Program-made: the position numbers and the translations under genes
Assembly (NCBI GenBank): GCA_002633005.1
Contig: NMRA01000015.1
Coordinates: 318,054-382,053 of the forward strand
Direction: 5' to 3'
Source: Phoronis australis
Lineage: Eukaryota; Animalia; Phoronida
Length of the DNA: 64,000 nt
Notes under the pieces: model-generated
What the model saw: only the letters and a program-made list of their open reading frames with translations
Told to the model about the DNA's origin: nothing
Databases searched by the model: none
Shown here: piece after piece, positions 1 through 11,994 of the stretch
Position numbering within the stretch: the stretch's first letter is position 1
Layout of the letters: the number at the start of each line of letters is the position of its first letter

Positions 1-668
1 ACACAGTGGCCAATTCCATGAAAACTATACACTTGACAATAATAAAGGCAGAACATTACGTTGAATGCCTTACTGACAACCAGCTTTAAAAAGCTCATCC
101 ACAAAACAGGCAGCCATGAGACTGAATGTTGCTCTAGCAAAACATACCTAAACCTTTTATCCTGTTCAATGAATCCTCAACAAATTCCTCCTGGCTAAAT
201 GAGAATATTCAGCACAATTAAACATGTTCAAAATATTCCTATTCCCAAATGAATCATCCAATATCACTAGACAAACACAAGTGTCAAAAAGCCATACATA
301 TTTACCGGGAAGGCTAACCCTTCCAAATGTTGGTCATCTCAACTCCTAATGATAGTGGGACAGGAGATCGTTTGCTATCAGATAATCTTGTCACCAGTTT
401 TTGGGGCTACTTACCCAATTTCATGATTAGGGCGCACGTAGTGTGGAACCATACTTTTGACTATAGGATGCACTTCATGGAATTCTAGGTGCATCACAGG
501 TCTGGCAATGAGTGAACACCAGGGCCTACCCAACCTCTTAAATAGGGTTGAAGGCCCGCCAAAATGCATTTTATTAACTAACAGGTTCACATAAGCGACT
601 CCTGTCACCACTGTTGACAAATCCTACTTCACATCCAGCAATTATTCACAGGAAAAGATTTAAAACAC

Positions 669-1367
669 TCACTGCTGCGCAACATTTGCAACTGTGTCCG
701 AATTCATTTTCTTCAAATTTTTTCTCTTTTTGCTACTGACCTTTGAAACAACACGTCTCAGACTCTTGCTGGCATCTATGGCCAGGTTTTGTTTAATGTT
801 ATACTTCTCTCCGATTCGTGTACTGTTCCTTACAAACAAATCACTAAACAAAGGAAACCCAGTGATGTTAGGGGCCACAGTTGTTGCCTCGGGAATTATC
901 TCATGACCAAACAGCTCATCAGTGGAGACGAATGGTTGCCGGTTCTCCTTAAACATTTGTCCCAGGATAATGTTAAGTGCTGACTCTGCAAACCGGTGAC
1001 AGCCTGAGTAGCTGTATGGTGGCTTTCTCCTCATGGTGCAACCAGCGCGTTGCGCACCAGTTGGCCAGATGCACTCGTTGGTGAGTGCGCACTGCACCCA
1101 AGGCCGCATTAAACGGTCATGCACAGTCCGCGTGTTATAAATCATAAGGTGTTCTGTCTTCACCATGTGCTGGAAATAGTACTGGTCAGCTTTAGTGTTG
1201 AAGAACTTGTACATGCCTGGGTGGGTCAATGCTGAAGTGGGTTCGTTGCCGGTCCAAGCGGACAGCCCCACACGCTCGGCACGCCGCGTCACATTAGTCA
1301 GGTTGCCTGTGATGAACTGTTGCTTCAGCTCAGTCCAAAGTATTGCACCATACCTATCCAGGGCCAA
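669..1367 (-). CDS. DUF1647-like gene, terminal coding exon
   Basis: Acceptor ttggtttcag|TTG at 1368/1367; TGA at 669-671; 699 nt. Confidence 0.85.
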   Translation of the reverse strand: MALDRYGAILWTELKQQFITGNLTNVTRRAERVGLSAWTGNEPTSALTHPGMYKFFNTKADQYYFQHMVKTEHLMIYNTRTVHDRLMRPWVQCALTNECIWPTGAQRAGCTMRRKPPYSYSGCHRFAESALNIILGQMFKENRQPFVSTDELFGHEIIPEATTVAPNITGFPLFSDLFVRNSTRIGEKYNIKQNLAIDASKSLRRVVSKVSSKKRKNLKKMNSDTVANVAQQ

Positions 1368-4300
1368 CTGAAACCAAATAAAAGCAGTTAAACAATGCAC
1401 AGCAGAATATGTTAGAGATTGTGAGCACCTGTAGACAGAAATTATGTCCTTTAAAGGCATAGACCAATAAATTTATTTCCAAGGTTTGAGTTATGCACAT
1501 TGCCATATCAGCATATTGACTATTAAAATGAGTTTAAAACAAAATAATCTATAGTCTATCATATAGCGTGCTAATATCAACATAAATCACATAATCACAT
1601 TGTGTATAACCAATTAAGCACCTGCTCAATACCTCTCTAGAAGACACCGCTCCAACAGCGCTGCGTTCTGTAGACCCGACATTTACAAAAAAGCTAGTTT
1701 GATCACGTGCTTCACTTGTAATCCATGGCAATATCTCACAAAGTTCTCGCTTAGTTTCTTATGTCATCATAACACACCGCTTAGAGACAATATAATAGGA
1801 AAAAATAAATCTAACACGGGGATATTGTGGACCATGTAATACTACTGTAGAGAGGGAAGTGTTGTTAGTCACTTTCTAGAACAAATGCGAGATTCAGAAA
1901 CTATGTTACGTACAAGACAGGTACAAGTTTGGTCTAATTAGTTAGTAAAGTTTTAGCAGACTGGCAGCAGACAACACAGCCGACTGCAGAGCCTACTTTA
2001 ACACAGGCTCTTGAATAGTTGCTATAAAAATACAAATCCAGTGATTCTCTTTTGATTTTCGTCAGTTTGACTACAATAATGAAATAATTCTTCATTGTAA
2101 GCAAAAGAACTATGGGATTTTGAAGGAGCTTTAAAAGGGAACTGTAGAAAATATGATGCAGCAGTTAACCGGTTCTAACATACAAATAAAACTCATATTT
2201 ACCCAAGATGTGTGCCAAACAATACCTGATTCATATTTATTGTCAAAAGACTGAAATCCTGACAGCAATCACTGATTGGCTGATATGTCAGTGACGTGGC
2301 TGGTCAGACCTCGGCTGCTTATCACATATCGCCGTGCCATATTGTGATGAGTTTACATCGTATTTTATCATTGTATCAGCCGGTATTTTTAAGTGTTTGC
2401 CACAGTGCTGTAAAAGGTTCGCTATGCCTTTCTGTATGGCTCCTGGTTGTTCGAACTCTTTGAAAAACATGTCTTCTAAGGGGATGGACGTCGCATACCA
2501 CTGGCTGCCCTAGCCTTGGCTCAAAGCTATATACTAAATATACAGATTTGCGCCAATGTGGGTAAAAAATGGACAAACAAAATACGACTCAAAATTAGTG
2601 TCATTAAAACTACTCTCCTCTTTGAGTAAACTAACTTATTTACTGGTGTTGGAAACATTAGCGTTCTGTTGTTAATCGGCTGTTGCTAAAATTGCGATGC
2701 GTTTTCTTGGGTTGGCCTTTGGGGATTACGTCACCTGACCATGACCAGTTTCTTTTCTCCTCGATTCTTTTATGAACTGCTCTCTGTTACCGTTACAAGT
2801 TTTTAGTATTACAATACCAGCAAACCAATTTTTTAAACAAACCTTGCTGCTGCGAAGCTGTCATCTCCGGAAAGACGTGGCGCGTGCCACCGTGTCACGA
2901 GCGTGCTGTTTTTGAAAATGAACAACAGACTTTTCTTTGTTACAAAAGGCGGCAAATTATGCTAGAAAATGACATTTATTTGATTGTTTTCCACTTAAAC
3001 GGCAGCAACAAACCAGGTTGATTACCAGATTTTGCATGCACTCCCACCAGACGTTAGCTTTACATGTTGATGTAAGTTTCACGACCAGGTGACGAGCATA
3101 GCTACCTGGGTAGTCAACGGGCTGTGTGAAATTTCGGGGTCTAACGGAGCTTAACACACAGTGGTGCAATAGTCTTCGGTAACTAACCAACCCTTAGAAA
3201 GTTTACAGAGCTGAGTATTCAGGGCTGGCAGCTAGCAGGCTGACTAGAGTCTGCACTGTCCACAGACACACCAGTGTAAATTGTTGATACAGGCTGGCTG
3301 CACTGACATATTTTCATCTGACGATGACTGGGCATCACTTTGTATTGCCTTGGCTCAAACAGGTATCCCTGGTGACCTGACATTTCTCACTAAAATTTCT
3401 TATTCTGACAATTTGAAAAATGCCACTTGACTGCACGCTAAAATAGGACATTGACTTGGCCCCACCAAACATGTCACGAGAAGCACCACTTCAAGCGAGT
3501 GATTTGTTTTGAGTTTCGTTAGGAAAAATGTATGTTTATTTTTTCAGTTGAATTATTTGTCAAATTAATCAATAACTCATAGAAAACTATGCAAAAATTT
3601 CTTCAGAATAAAATACAGTTCCCTTTTAAAAAATTTGTGTTTGTGGCAATCACACGTGCACGGTCAATTTTGCACCAGGCACACGTGCACTCTCAACTTT
3701 GCGCCAGGCACACGTGCACTATCAATTTTGCGCCACTGGTACACGCGCACTATCAACTTTGCGGCAGACACACGTGCACTATCAACTTTGCGCCAGGCAC
3801 ACGTGCACTCTCAACTTTGCACCAGGCACACGTGCACTCTCAACATTGCACCAGTTACATGTGCCCTCTCAACTTTGCGCCAGTCCCCATAAAATCACAC
3901 CATTAACATTTGAATCCCGAAAGAAACATCAACGATTTTTAGTTACATAATTAAGGGAGTGCTAGATGACTTGACTGTAATAAATGATAGCACATATACC
4001 GTATTCGTGGAACCATTTGTGTTCAATACCTGAATAGCCAACGGCTTGTAAGCACCGGTGTCGAGGTTGTGCACATGGGATGGGAATTCATCATAATCAA
4101 ATTTCGTTATGTCACACCGTTCGGTGATATTACAAAACACGACCAGCTGAAAATGAAAGGTGTTGATGAGAGTACACATTGGATAGCAATACTAAAGGTC
4201 AGGGTCAGATTAGGTTCAGACTACAAAAACCTAAACAAACACACTGTATGATTCAAGTACAAGTTAATTTGAACCGTGCCATGCAATTGGTCAGTTTTTT

Positions 4301-6934
4301 GGAGAGTTTTAACAGCAAAGATTAGACCCTAACTCAAGTTATAATTGAATGAAAATTAGCAACTGACCTTTTTACCGATAGAAAAATCTGGGATGCATTC
4401 GGCAGATTCAAGACATTAGCTTCCACTGACAATGGAACAGAAACAGTGAAGTCTAATCCCGCAAGTTATGAATTCTGTCCCATAATTCAACATTCTAACC
4501 TCACCAACCAAGCACTTCAGTGGCTGCCATTCCACTTGCACCAACAAAATCACTAAATATGATGGTATGAAGTAATCTGGTAATACACTGTTGTGATGTT
4601 CACAAAATTAGTGCCACCATTAGTCAGGCATACTAGTTCCACATCGGCATTGAAATTATAATAAAAGACCATTCTTAATGGCTGATGTTTTCAAAAGTGC
4701 ACATTTGTGAGACTGCTCTACACGAGACGCACTTTGACGCCGAACATTAATCTCTAACAGATAAGACTTACATCCCAGCACACATTTTGTATGCTTTTGA
4801 ACAAGCCAATAGTTAAGGATAATCCCTAATCAAAATACCTTTTCCAACTCTCTGGCTCCCATGCCCAAATCAAAGACCATCAACTTCCGATTCTTCATGT
4901 GTTTTTGCATTGACCGCACCAGCAGTCTGACACTGTCAAAGTCACCGTCTGTCGCTGTCGTTACCACCATGGGCAGTTTCAGTCCAGCAGTGAGCTGCGA
5001 CCGCACCGGGTGCAGCGTGGAGTTCTCGTTGAAACCCAATCGCTCTAGGTACCTAATAACCACATTAAAAACAATAATTAGGACACTCACAACACCTCTT
5101 AGCCACATCACGTGACTTAATGAACATTAGTCCAGTGGTCCGATGGCTCAGTGGCTAAAGCATCTGCATGCTTAGCAGAAAGTCCTGGAGTCAAGTCCTG
5201 GGGTCAAGTCTCGGACAGGGGCAAAATCTTCTCAGACTTATGTTCTTTAGATCATGTGATTAGGCCAACAGGTGGCGTGCAGGCCAGACTTAAAATGTTT
5301 GTGATCTATATTTCCATATGTACACACACACACGCACACTCACGCACACGCACACGCACACACCCACACACACACACCCACACCCACATATATTTTTAAT
5401 TAGGGTACTAATTACACATTATGCATACATGGCAGACATTTTTGCCCTAACCATAACAATTTTTGTAAAAAAACATAGCAAACCATAGCAATGACAAAAA
5501 CGAGTCAAAATATGGTCAACTTACCTATTAGAGGATCTTGCGTCTAGTAACTGAGAGTGTTGCTATACAAATTGGTAACTCCTTTGATCATGTCGAGCAA
5601 CGGAAGGCTCGTGATATGATAGTATTTTGACAAAAGAGATTGCCAGTAAGATACAAAAAGATGATTTGAAAACTTTATTATGAACATTGGCAAAGATGCG
5701 TATTAATTAACAAAAATATGTAGCGCTACACCGTAGCACAACAGAAATGGCAAAAATACGTAATTCCAGTATTGGTTGACATGCATGCATTATGTGAGGG
5801 TAATAACAAAAATGCCACTATGGGGCACAGCACAAGCTGGGACAGTACAAAAATAGGCAAGACCTGCTCCATCCCAGATAGTCACATCTGCCAAATTCCA
5901 GACAGATAATTCATTCAACAGGTTTGAGGCAAATGGGTAGATACTGAGGCAAATGAATAAACTTAAACTGTGATTAGGGGCTATAACTGTTAAAACTAAC
6001 CAAAATTCAAGGTAAGCTAGGTTTCCGTCAACAGAAATTTCATAATCATTTTTCAAACCATTTGACTTTTAAGCCGAATTTGTCTGAAAGTTGTCTTCAT
6101 CATTCCTCACACCTGTTACATTTCTTAAAAAACCTGCAAGGGGCTCAGGAAATATAAGTGCACACATCAGATGAACAGACATTTGGTAGAGATAATGCAC
6201 ACACCAGATGAACAGACACATGATAGAGATGATGCATACATGAGATGGACAGACATATGTTAGAGATGATGCAGACATCAGATGAACAGACCTATGGTAG
6301 AGATGATGCATACATGAGATGGACAGACATATGGTAGAGATCATGCACACATGAGATGAACAGACATATGTTAGAGATGATGCAGACATCAGATGAACAG
6401 ACCTATGGTAGAGATGATGCACAAATCAGATGAAATGACATACGACAGCAATATGCACTCAGGGAAGTATTCATACGTTACTTTGTAAAAATCTTTTGGT
6501 AATGGCAAGAATATAGTCAATTCGCCATATGCCAAAATAGAAACAATTAGGTTGGTTGAATATTTAAACAAGACTAAATGAGATATGATAGTAAGATAGA
6601 CAATGCCAATACCCTACCTGTCATCGACATTCCAGATTTTCGGTGGAGCCTGCACATGGATCTTCACGTTCATGTTCTTGATCTTCTGTAGGTTGTTGGA
6701 GATGTGGTTGTGCGTCTCCGTCACGAACGTGCTGGCCATAATGTTGGGGTTAAACACTACCCACAGCGTAACGAATGTCAAAAAGAGCAACAGCAGCAAA
6801 ACAACGTTTTTCACCTTCATCCTGTACAATACCATAATACGATGACGAGACGGCACCTCATCAAGAGAAGAAATGGCACTGCCAAGTTTTGAGTAGGTCC
6901 CGCCCGTCTTAGAGCGATGGCTGATAGTGTACAT
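669..6934 (-). CDS. DUF1647-like type II membrane protein (putative glycosyltransferase-like); complement(join(669..1367,4030..4146,4839..5052,6618..6934)), about 448 aa
   Basis: Four exons joined by GT-AG introns with matching phases (2,0,0) give one ORF. It has an N-terminal TM helix (VVLLLLLFLTFVTLWVVF), then VVTTAT..F, LMVFDLGM, FPSHV...AYKP, and C-terminal PWVQCAL..CIWP.G..C..GCHR..SAL motifs that I recognise from DUF1647 proteins. The start could be a downstream Met (MVLYRMK). Confidence 0.8.
2135..3625 (+). mobile_element. Non-autonomous Kolobok-type DNA transposon, family K1, with THAP remnant
   Basis: TTAA at 2131-2134 and 3626-3629; 12-bp TIR AAGGGAACTGTA; remnant MPFCMAPGCSNS... 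from about 2424; colinear inverted copy at 62327-63666. Confidence 0.8.
3650..3885. repeat. Minisatellite, about 29-bp unit GCACACGTGCACTMTCAACTTTGCGCCAG, about 8 copies
   Basis: Direct inspection; explains the overlapping repetitive ORFs. Confidence 0.9.
4030..4146 (-). CDS. DUF1647-like gene, coding exon 3
   Basis: cattttcag|CTGGTC...ATTCAG|gtattg; 117 nt, phase 0-0; LVVFCNITERC...AYKPLAIQ. Confidence 0.85.
4839..5052 (-). CDS. DUF1647-like gene, coding exon 2
   Basis: ggttattag|GTACCTA...GAAAAG|gtattt; phase 2-0; YLERLGF...FDLGMGARELEK. Confidence 0.85.
5137..5210 (+). mobile_element. tRNA-derived SINE head or tRNA relic
   Basis: A-box TGGCTCAGTGG, anticodon-like stem TCTGC-ATGCTTA-GCAGA, degenerate B-box GAGTCAAGTCC; no acceptor stem. 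Confidence 0.45.
5322..5390. repeat. Imperfect (CA)n microsatellite
   Basis: Direct inspection; other (CA)n runs at 39103-39133 and 41534-41577. Confidence 0.9.
6158..6435. repeat. Minisatellite, about 37-38-bp unit (CAGATGAACAGACATATGGTAGAGATGATGCA...), about 7 copies
   Basis: Direct inspection. Confidence 0.9.
6618..6934 (-). CDS. DUF1647-like gene, coding exon 1 (signal anchor)
   Basis: ATG at 6934 after an in-frame upstream stop; hydrophobic helix; donor GACAG|gtaggg in phase 2 matches the next exon. Confidence 0.75.
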
Positions 6935-7967
6935 TGGTCAGCTGGAGCCACGCCCACTCAGCTACTCCCTTGTCAACCGATGCATTTCCTAAACTCTGGA
7001 AAAGTCAAGAGGCAGAACTACAATAACTTTTACGAGCTGACAGTTCGGTAAGTAATGAAATTTTTCCAGAGAAATCTCATTTAGACACCACCATCTTCTG
7101 CCATGGTAACTTGCCAGAAATCAATGATGTGTTTGCGAAAGGATGTTGGATAAAGTGCTGGTTCCAAACAGTAAAATGGTTAGAACGTTGTGTAAAGCAG
7201 CAAGTTTTTGAAAGAATTAATTTTCAGTTATTAAACAGAAGAGATGGACTGAGAATTAACCTACTGGTATCAAATATGTGGCCATAAGATTGACACAAGC
7301 TACCACGTGTTGCAAAAGCTTAAAACGAAATGTTGCTTTCATGGAAAAAATGGATTGTTTTGAAAAACGCAGTTAAGTCAAGGTCACGCCAACCACAGTT
7401 CTACAATAACCTCTCTGGTAATTTGCTGTGAACTGTATGCAATTCTTTGAAAAGAACAGTGCATTAAAGAATTGGCAAAAACAAAGACTGGCTAACAATG
7501 CTCAACTTCATAGCACTTAAGTTGACACATAAATGATTGTTCCAAGTTAAACTGCAGAATAACAGATTTATCATCATCCTTTTCGCACAATCACCAAATA
7601 AATTGATCAAGGAAAAGAATAGTTTTAAATTGTACTATAAATTTTATTTTGCTTACAAAGAGCTTGATGCTTATCATAACGCCAAATGCGACCTGGTAAA
7701 AATCCCGGGTCACCAAATGGTAAATGAGCTTCCCAAAACAAGGAAACCTTGTATCCAGAGTGAAAGTTATAGCACCCACAAACGACAGACACATGGTCGA
7801 CAACAGTCAAAAACGAAAAAACAGGAGATCTGAATTAGGAAACCGACTAAAATGGACAAATGTCAACTGGAAAACAACAAAACGACCAGGCAGTGTTTTC
7901 TTTGTCGAGCAGAAAATCAGGAGTATTTACTGCCCTCAGAGACGACAAATGTTTCCCTCGGGACAAA

Positions 7968-8165
7968 ATATCCTGCCAGGGCTCTCCTCCTCCGGAAGAG
8001 AAAAGCAGAAGATCAAGAATCATGTCTGTGCAGACATCCTGACAGGGCTCAACTGCTCCGGAAGAGAAGGCAGACGATCAGGAAGCATGTCTGTGCAGAC
8101 ATCCTGACAGGGCTCTGCTGCTCCGGAAAAGAAAGGCAGACAATCAGGACACATGTCTGTGTGGG
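7968..8165. repeat. Tandem repeat, about 62-bp unit x3
   Basis: ATCCTG.CAGGGCTC...CTCCGGAAGAGAA.GCAGA.GATCA.GAA.CATGTCTGTG repeated. Confidence 0.85.
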
Positions 8166-8499
8166 TATCACGAAGGGTCCTTCCAGTTTTTGTCAAAAAA
8201 TTCTGATTCCCGTCTGTTTACTTCCTATCCTGTAGTATTCTGAACAGAGATACACCCAGGTTTCAAAACCCCGCTCGCCAGCTGAGCGATTGAGCCAGAA
8301 AGTCTACTCGTTCAGCCCAAACTTCAGTCGCCAGGCCGCTTTGTGTCGGTCACCACAAATTTGCTGCCAACGCCAATAAAAATGATCGTTTCGTGCCTTG
8401 ATGTCACCATCTATTAAGGCTAGTATCGTTTTTAGAAAATGCAGAATTCCTACCAAGAAACTTTTGACATCGATGAATTCCCTGCAACGCAAGACGTAG

Positions 8500-9225
8500 C
8501 CTTGGCGCAAAACTATATACTAATATACCGCTATGCGCCGATGTGGATAAAAGACTGACCAGATAAAATCTTAAACAAAATTATTATCATCAAAAAACTA
8601 CTCATCCTTAAGTACTGTTGTTGCAATAATTGGCATTCTACCATTATTCTGCTGCTAAAATTGCGGCACTATCTTTATGTCGGCTTTCCGCGCCATGAAA
8701 TATTGCGTCACCCATTGGCTAGTTTCTTTGTTTGCCGACTCTTCAATCAACTGTTGTTCTTTCACGAGGTTGCGTACACGTCACAGCAAATTATCGCAAT
8801 TGGTTTCAATTCATGATAAGTTTTTAATATTTTAACACCAACAAACCGAATATCAGAACAAATTTTACTGTCATCTTCTCCCGAGAGACATCATAAAACT
8901 TTAGGAAATGGCGCGTGAACGGGTCACAAGCGTATTTGTTTTCAAAATGGTGACATACTTTTCATTGTTAGAAAAAGAGGAGAATGACACCATGAAAATG
9001 ACGTTCATTAGATTGTTCTTCGTTTAAACGGCTGTGACGGGCAAGGCGAGTGCCAGTTGACTCCCAGATTTTGCATGCACCCCCCGCTGGTCTTTAGCTC
9101 TACATGTTGATGCTAGTTTCACGGCTACATGACGAGCAGAACCACCCGGGTTGTGTGCAATTTCGAGGACTGTCATAGCTCAACACAGTGGTACCTAACT
9201 GTACTTTGACAATAGTCTTCCTACA
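8500..9225 (+). mobile_element. Degenerate internal fragment related to K1
   Basis: Visible similarity to about 2527-3190 (ctatatactaa.atac..., agattttgcatgcac, tacatgttgatg.tagtttcacg); ends approximate. Confidence 0.6.
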
Positions 9226-10966
9226 GCTAGCTGGCTGGCTGGATACGCAAGACGATATGTCATCCAACACAGTAACTACGTTTTAATTAAAATTGCATGC
9301 CATATTCTGTGTCTTGAAGCCAGGCCCGCCCTTTCTGCCAATCAGATTCAAAATCTCGCCTTCTCTTATTTTCCTCATAATCTGCGTGATATTTTCTTTT
9401 TTCCGCCGCAGTTTGCTTAGAAGGATTGACTCCCTCTAAAAAACACCACATTGTAACGCTTGACAAATGAAAACGAGAACACCCAAGACGATAGCACGTG
9501 CACCAGTCGTGCAGAAGTCAACACGCTTATCACGATTCTGCCTCGTAGAACAGCTTCCAATAATACTCATTGTCTCGCCAGTGACTACACCAAGATAGGG
9601 TGTGCTGTACTGCTATACCATATGGCTGGACCAAAATACAGGAAAAGCCTTTGCACCTGGAAATCTTATGGCCGCACCAAATATACTATTAACAATAACA
9701 ATGATAATCATTCTAATACATGCGTTTTCAAAGTTATTATGTTTTGAATAATCTTGGTTTAATTACAATGTACAATAAGAAGTCAGTTCCAAGAAATATG
9801 GTCTTTCACTTGCGGTGAGCACATGGACCGGTCTTCGGTTCGGCCTTTCCCCGCTTTTGCTTCATTTTGGACTAGTCCACAAATTCCTTTGTACAGCCCC
9901 ACCACATGTTGTACTCACTGTGTCCTTTTGTTTAGACGAATCGCATAACGGTTAACATCTACTGACTCAATAGGAGTGCACTGCACCGATGTTTTTTACT
10001 GCTCGAGCATCGAGACGCAGACCAAACTTAACCTTAAATTCATGACAGAAACAGCAGAGAGGAGAAAATTTACTTTTGCATTCTGAAAACTCCGTCACCA
10101 CCTGGGCGACCGACGCGTGAACTTCTACACGCCCAGCATCATTTTTACTCGCATTTGCGATTGGGCGAGTGGCTACGTATATCCCTGCTGAACAAGTACT
10201 CGCACATATGCGCAATATCACGGATACTTACACACATGCGCACAATGTGACGGCAGGGCTCAACGCTATTAAAATCGCCAGGTCACATTTTGCACCATAG
10301 CGAAAATCCCAGGTGGCAATTTCAAAATCCAGCTCGCATTCATAAATGCCAGGTCGCAAAATTTTCCTGTCATTTTTACGCGCCAAAATTGATTTTTTTA
10401 GATCATCGAAAAAATTATGCTCTTACATGTAGCGTTAAATACTCACAAATTGCATATCGCAAAATTGAGTTCGTTCATGCAGGTACGGCATTACTGTTCT
10501 TCACGACCGCCACTGCAAGGCTCTAGAGCGCAAGGCAAGTTGCCGACGTATAAGTTGAATCAGTCCTCTCTAACTGACACGTGCATTCGAATAGCTAAGT
10601 TTGCGATGTGAAAAGGGAGGAAATGTCCGTTGAAAAAGTAACCGCGATTTTGCTAGGTCTGATCAGCTACTGACTGTCATCAAAGTCGTTAATCCAAACA
10701 GTTTTACGGCATTAGAAACTTTGCAAAATTAGTGCCCGATATTTATTTCTTGCCGATATGCTACCCGGCGTAGTTTCATGGATAGTTCCCGAAGACTAAT
10801 GTCTGAGATGTCAAGTGACAGGTATGTAGCGTGCGCTTCCTGGCCACGTGCTTTTAACAAGTTTTTTATTCGTGAGACGGTCGTCAGCTGAATGGGCACT
10901 TTGAGTACGATGCGTGGTTTTCACGTGTAGGCCCCAGAAAGTGTTAAAAAATAGGTCACACCAGAC

Positions 10967-11111
10967 CTGCCTCCCGTTCAGTAACGCTAGGACCTCGCTA
11001 AAAAGTAAGACTTTGCGAGATTACGTGAGATATTGCCATGCATTTTAAATGAAAACACGTGACTTTGACTAGGTTTTAGCTAGGTCCTAGCGTCTACTAA
11101 ACGCATGCCAG
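10967..11111. mobile_element. Small MITE
   Basis: Imperfect TIRs CGTTCAGTAACGCTAGGACCTCGCTAAAA / TTTTAGCTAGGTCCTAGCGTCTACTAAACG. Confidence 0.6.
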
Positions 11112-11520
11112 TTAAATGTACAGTGCCAGTGGAGAAAGACAGTGTTGATTAATGATATTGAACTCTAGAAATTTGCGTCGAGTTTGGAATTGGTATTGTG
11201 CAGAACACTGAATTCCTTGGCCTGAGCGTCATACCTTGAAGTATTATACATAGTGTATTGGGAACGATCAGAACAGAAGCTGAGGACGCCTGTGAAGCAC
11301 ACCTGCATGGCTGCAATCGTGCCTTCGTTCGTCACTTCGTGGACAAGATGAAGTTAAAATTAAGTCCCTACCGTCTAGTGTTTCCAGTTCAACCGATATT
11401 TTGACAAACACAGAATGTACTCAACTTGTGTGTATTCTGTGGAAAAAAGAGATGTAGCTTACTGAGCATGAACCCAGTTCCCTCCAGCCTAAAACGACTC
11501 CCAACGGTTCCGTGCCCAAA

Positions 11521-11841
11521 ACTTACCTCTCCGCCATTTGCAAAATATCTAAACGTCATTCCACTTCCGCCACGACAACTTGCTTAACGAATAGTTTTCT
11601 GGTTAAGAACTCCACGTTGCAATCAAAAGTGTTTCAAAAACTCTGAATATAATTATAAACCAAATTTTGCAAATTTTCATAAATGTGGTCGTTTGTATAA
11701 ATTGGGAATATATTTTTGTCGGAAGTTGCATCGTCTGCTCGGATCTGACCACTCTGACTGGGCGTGGATTTTGATATTCTCTGAATCCTGACACCTAGCA
11801 TTTTGATTTCGTTTGTCGGTTTTTAAGTTTGCGTCTGAGTA
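11521..11841. promoter_or_regulatory. Probable bidirectional promoter and 5' exon between the DUF1647-like gene and CNTD1
   Basis: Minus-strand CAAATGGCGGAGAG|GTAAGT (YY1-like motif plus consensus donor) at 11540-11521; ETS-like motifs ACTTCCG at 11563-11569 and CGGAAGT at 11720-11726; CNTD1 ATG about 300 bp away on the other strand. Confidence 0.6.
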
Positions 11842-11994
11842 ATGCGTCGAAAACACGAGGGGATTTTTGGAACTCCTGTTGGACCCCTTTTCAATGAAGG
11901 CTCGCATAAACTTTCTGCTGAAATGTTGGAAGATTGTTTAGTGAAGTTGGCTGAAGAGAACAGAAAAAACATGACCCTAAAAAAATCGAAACAG
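11842..11994 (+). CDS. CNTD1: CNTD1 exon 1
   Basis: ATG at 11842; donor AAACAG|gtttac; 153 nt. Confidence 0.8.

Noticed and set aside
1451-2001. Possible extra Kolobok element starting TTAAAGGCATAGACC
   Set aside because: I could not find a convincing matching right TIR.
5526-5551. Possible cassette exon in DUF1647 intron (ctctcag...TAATAG|gtaagt, minus strand)
   Set aside because: It is 26 nt, breaks the frame and has an in-frame stop; nothing supports it beyond a good donor.
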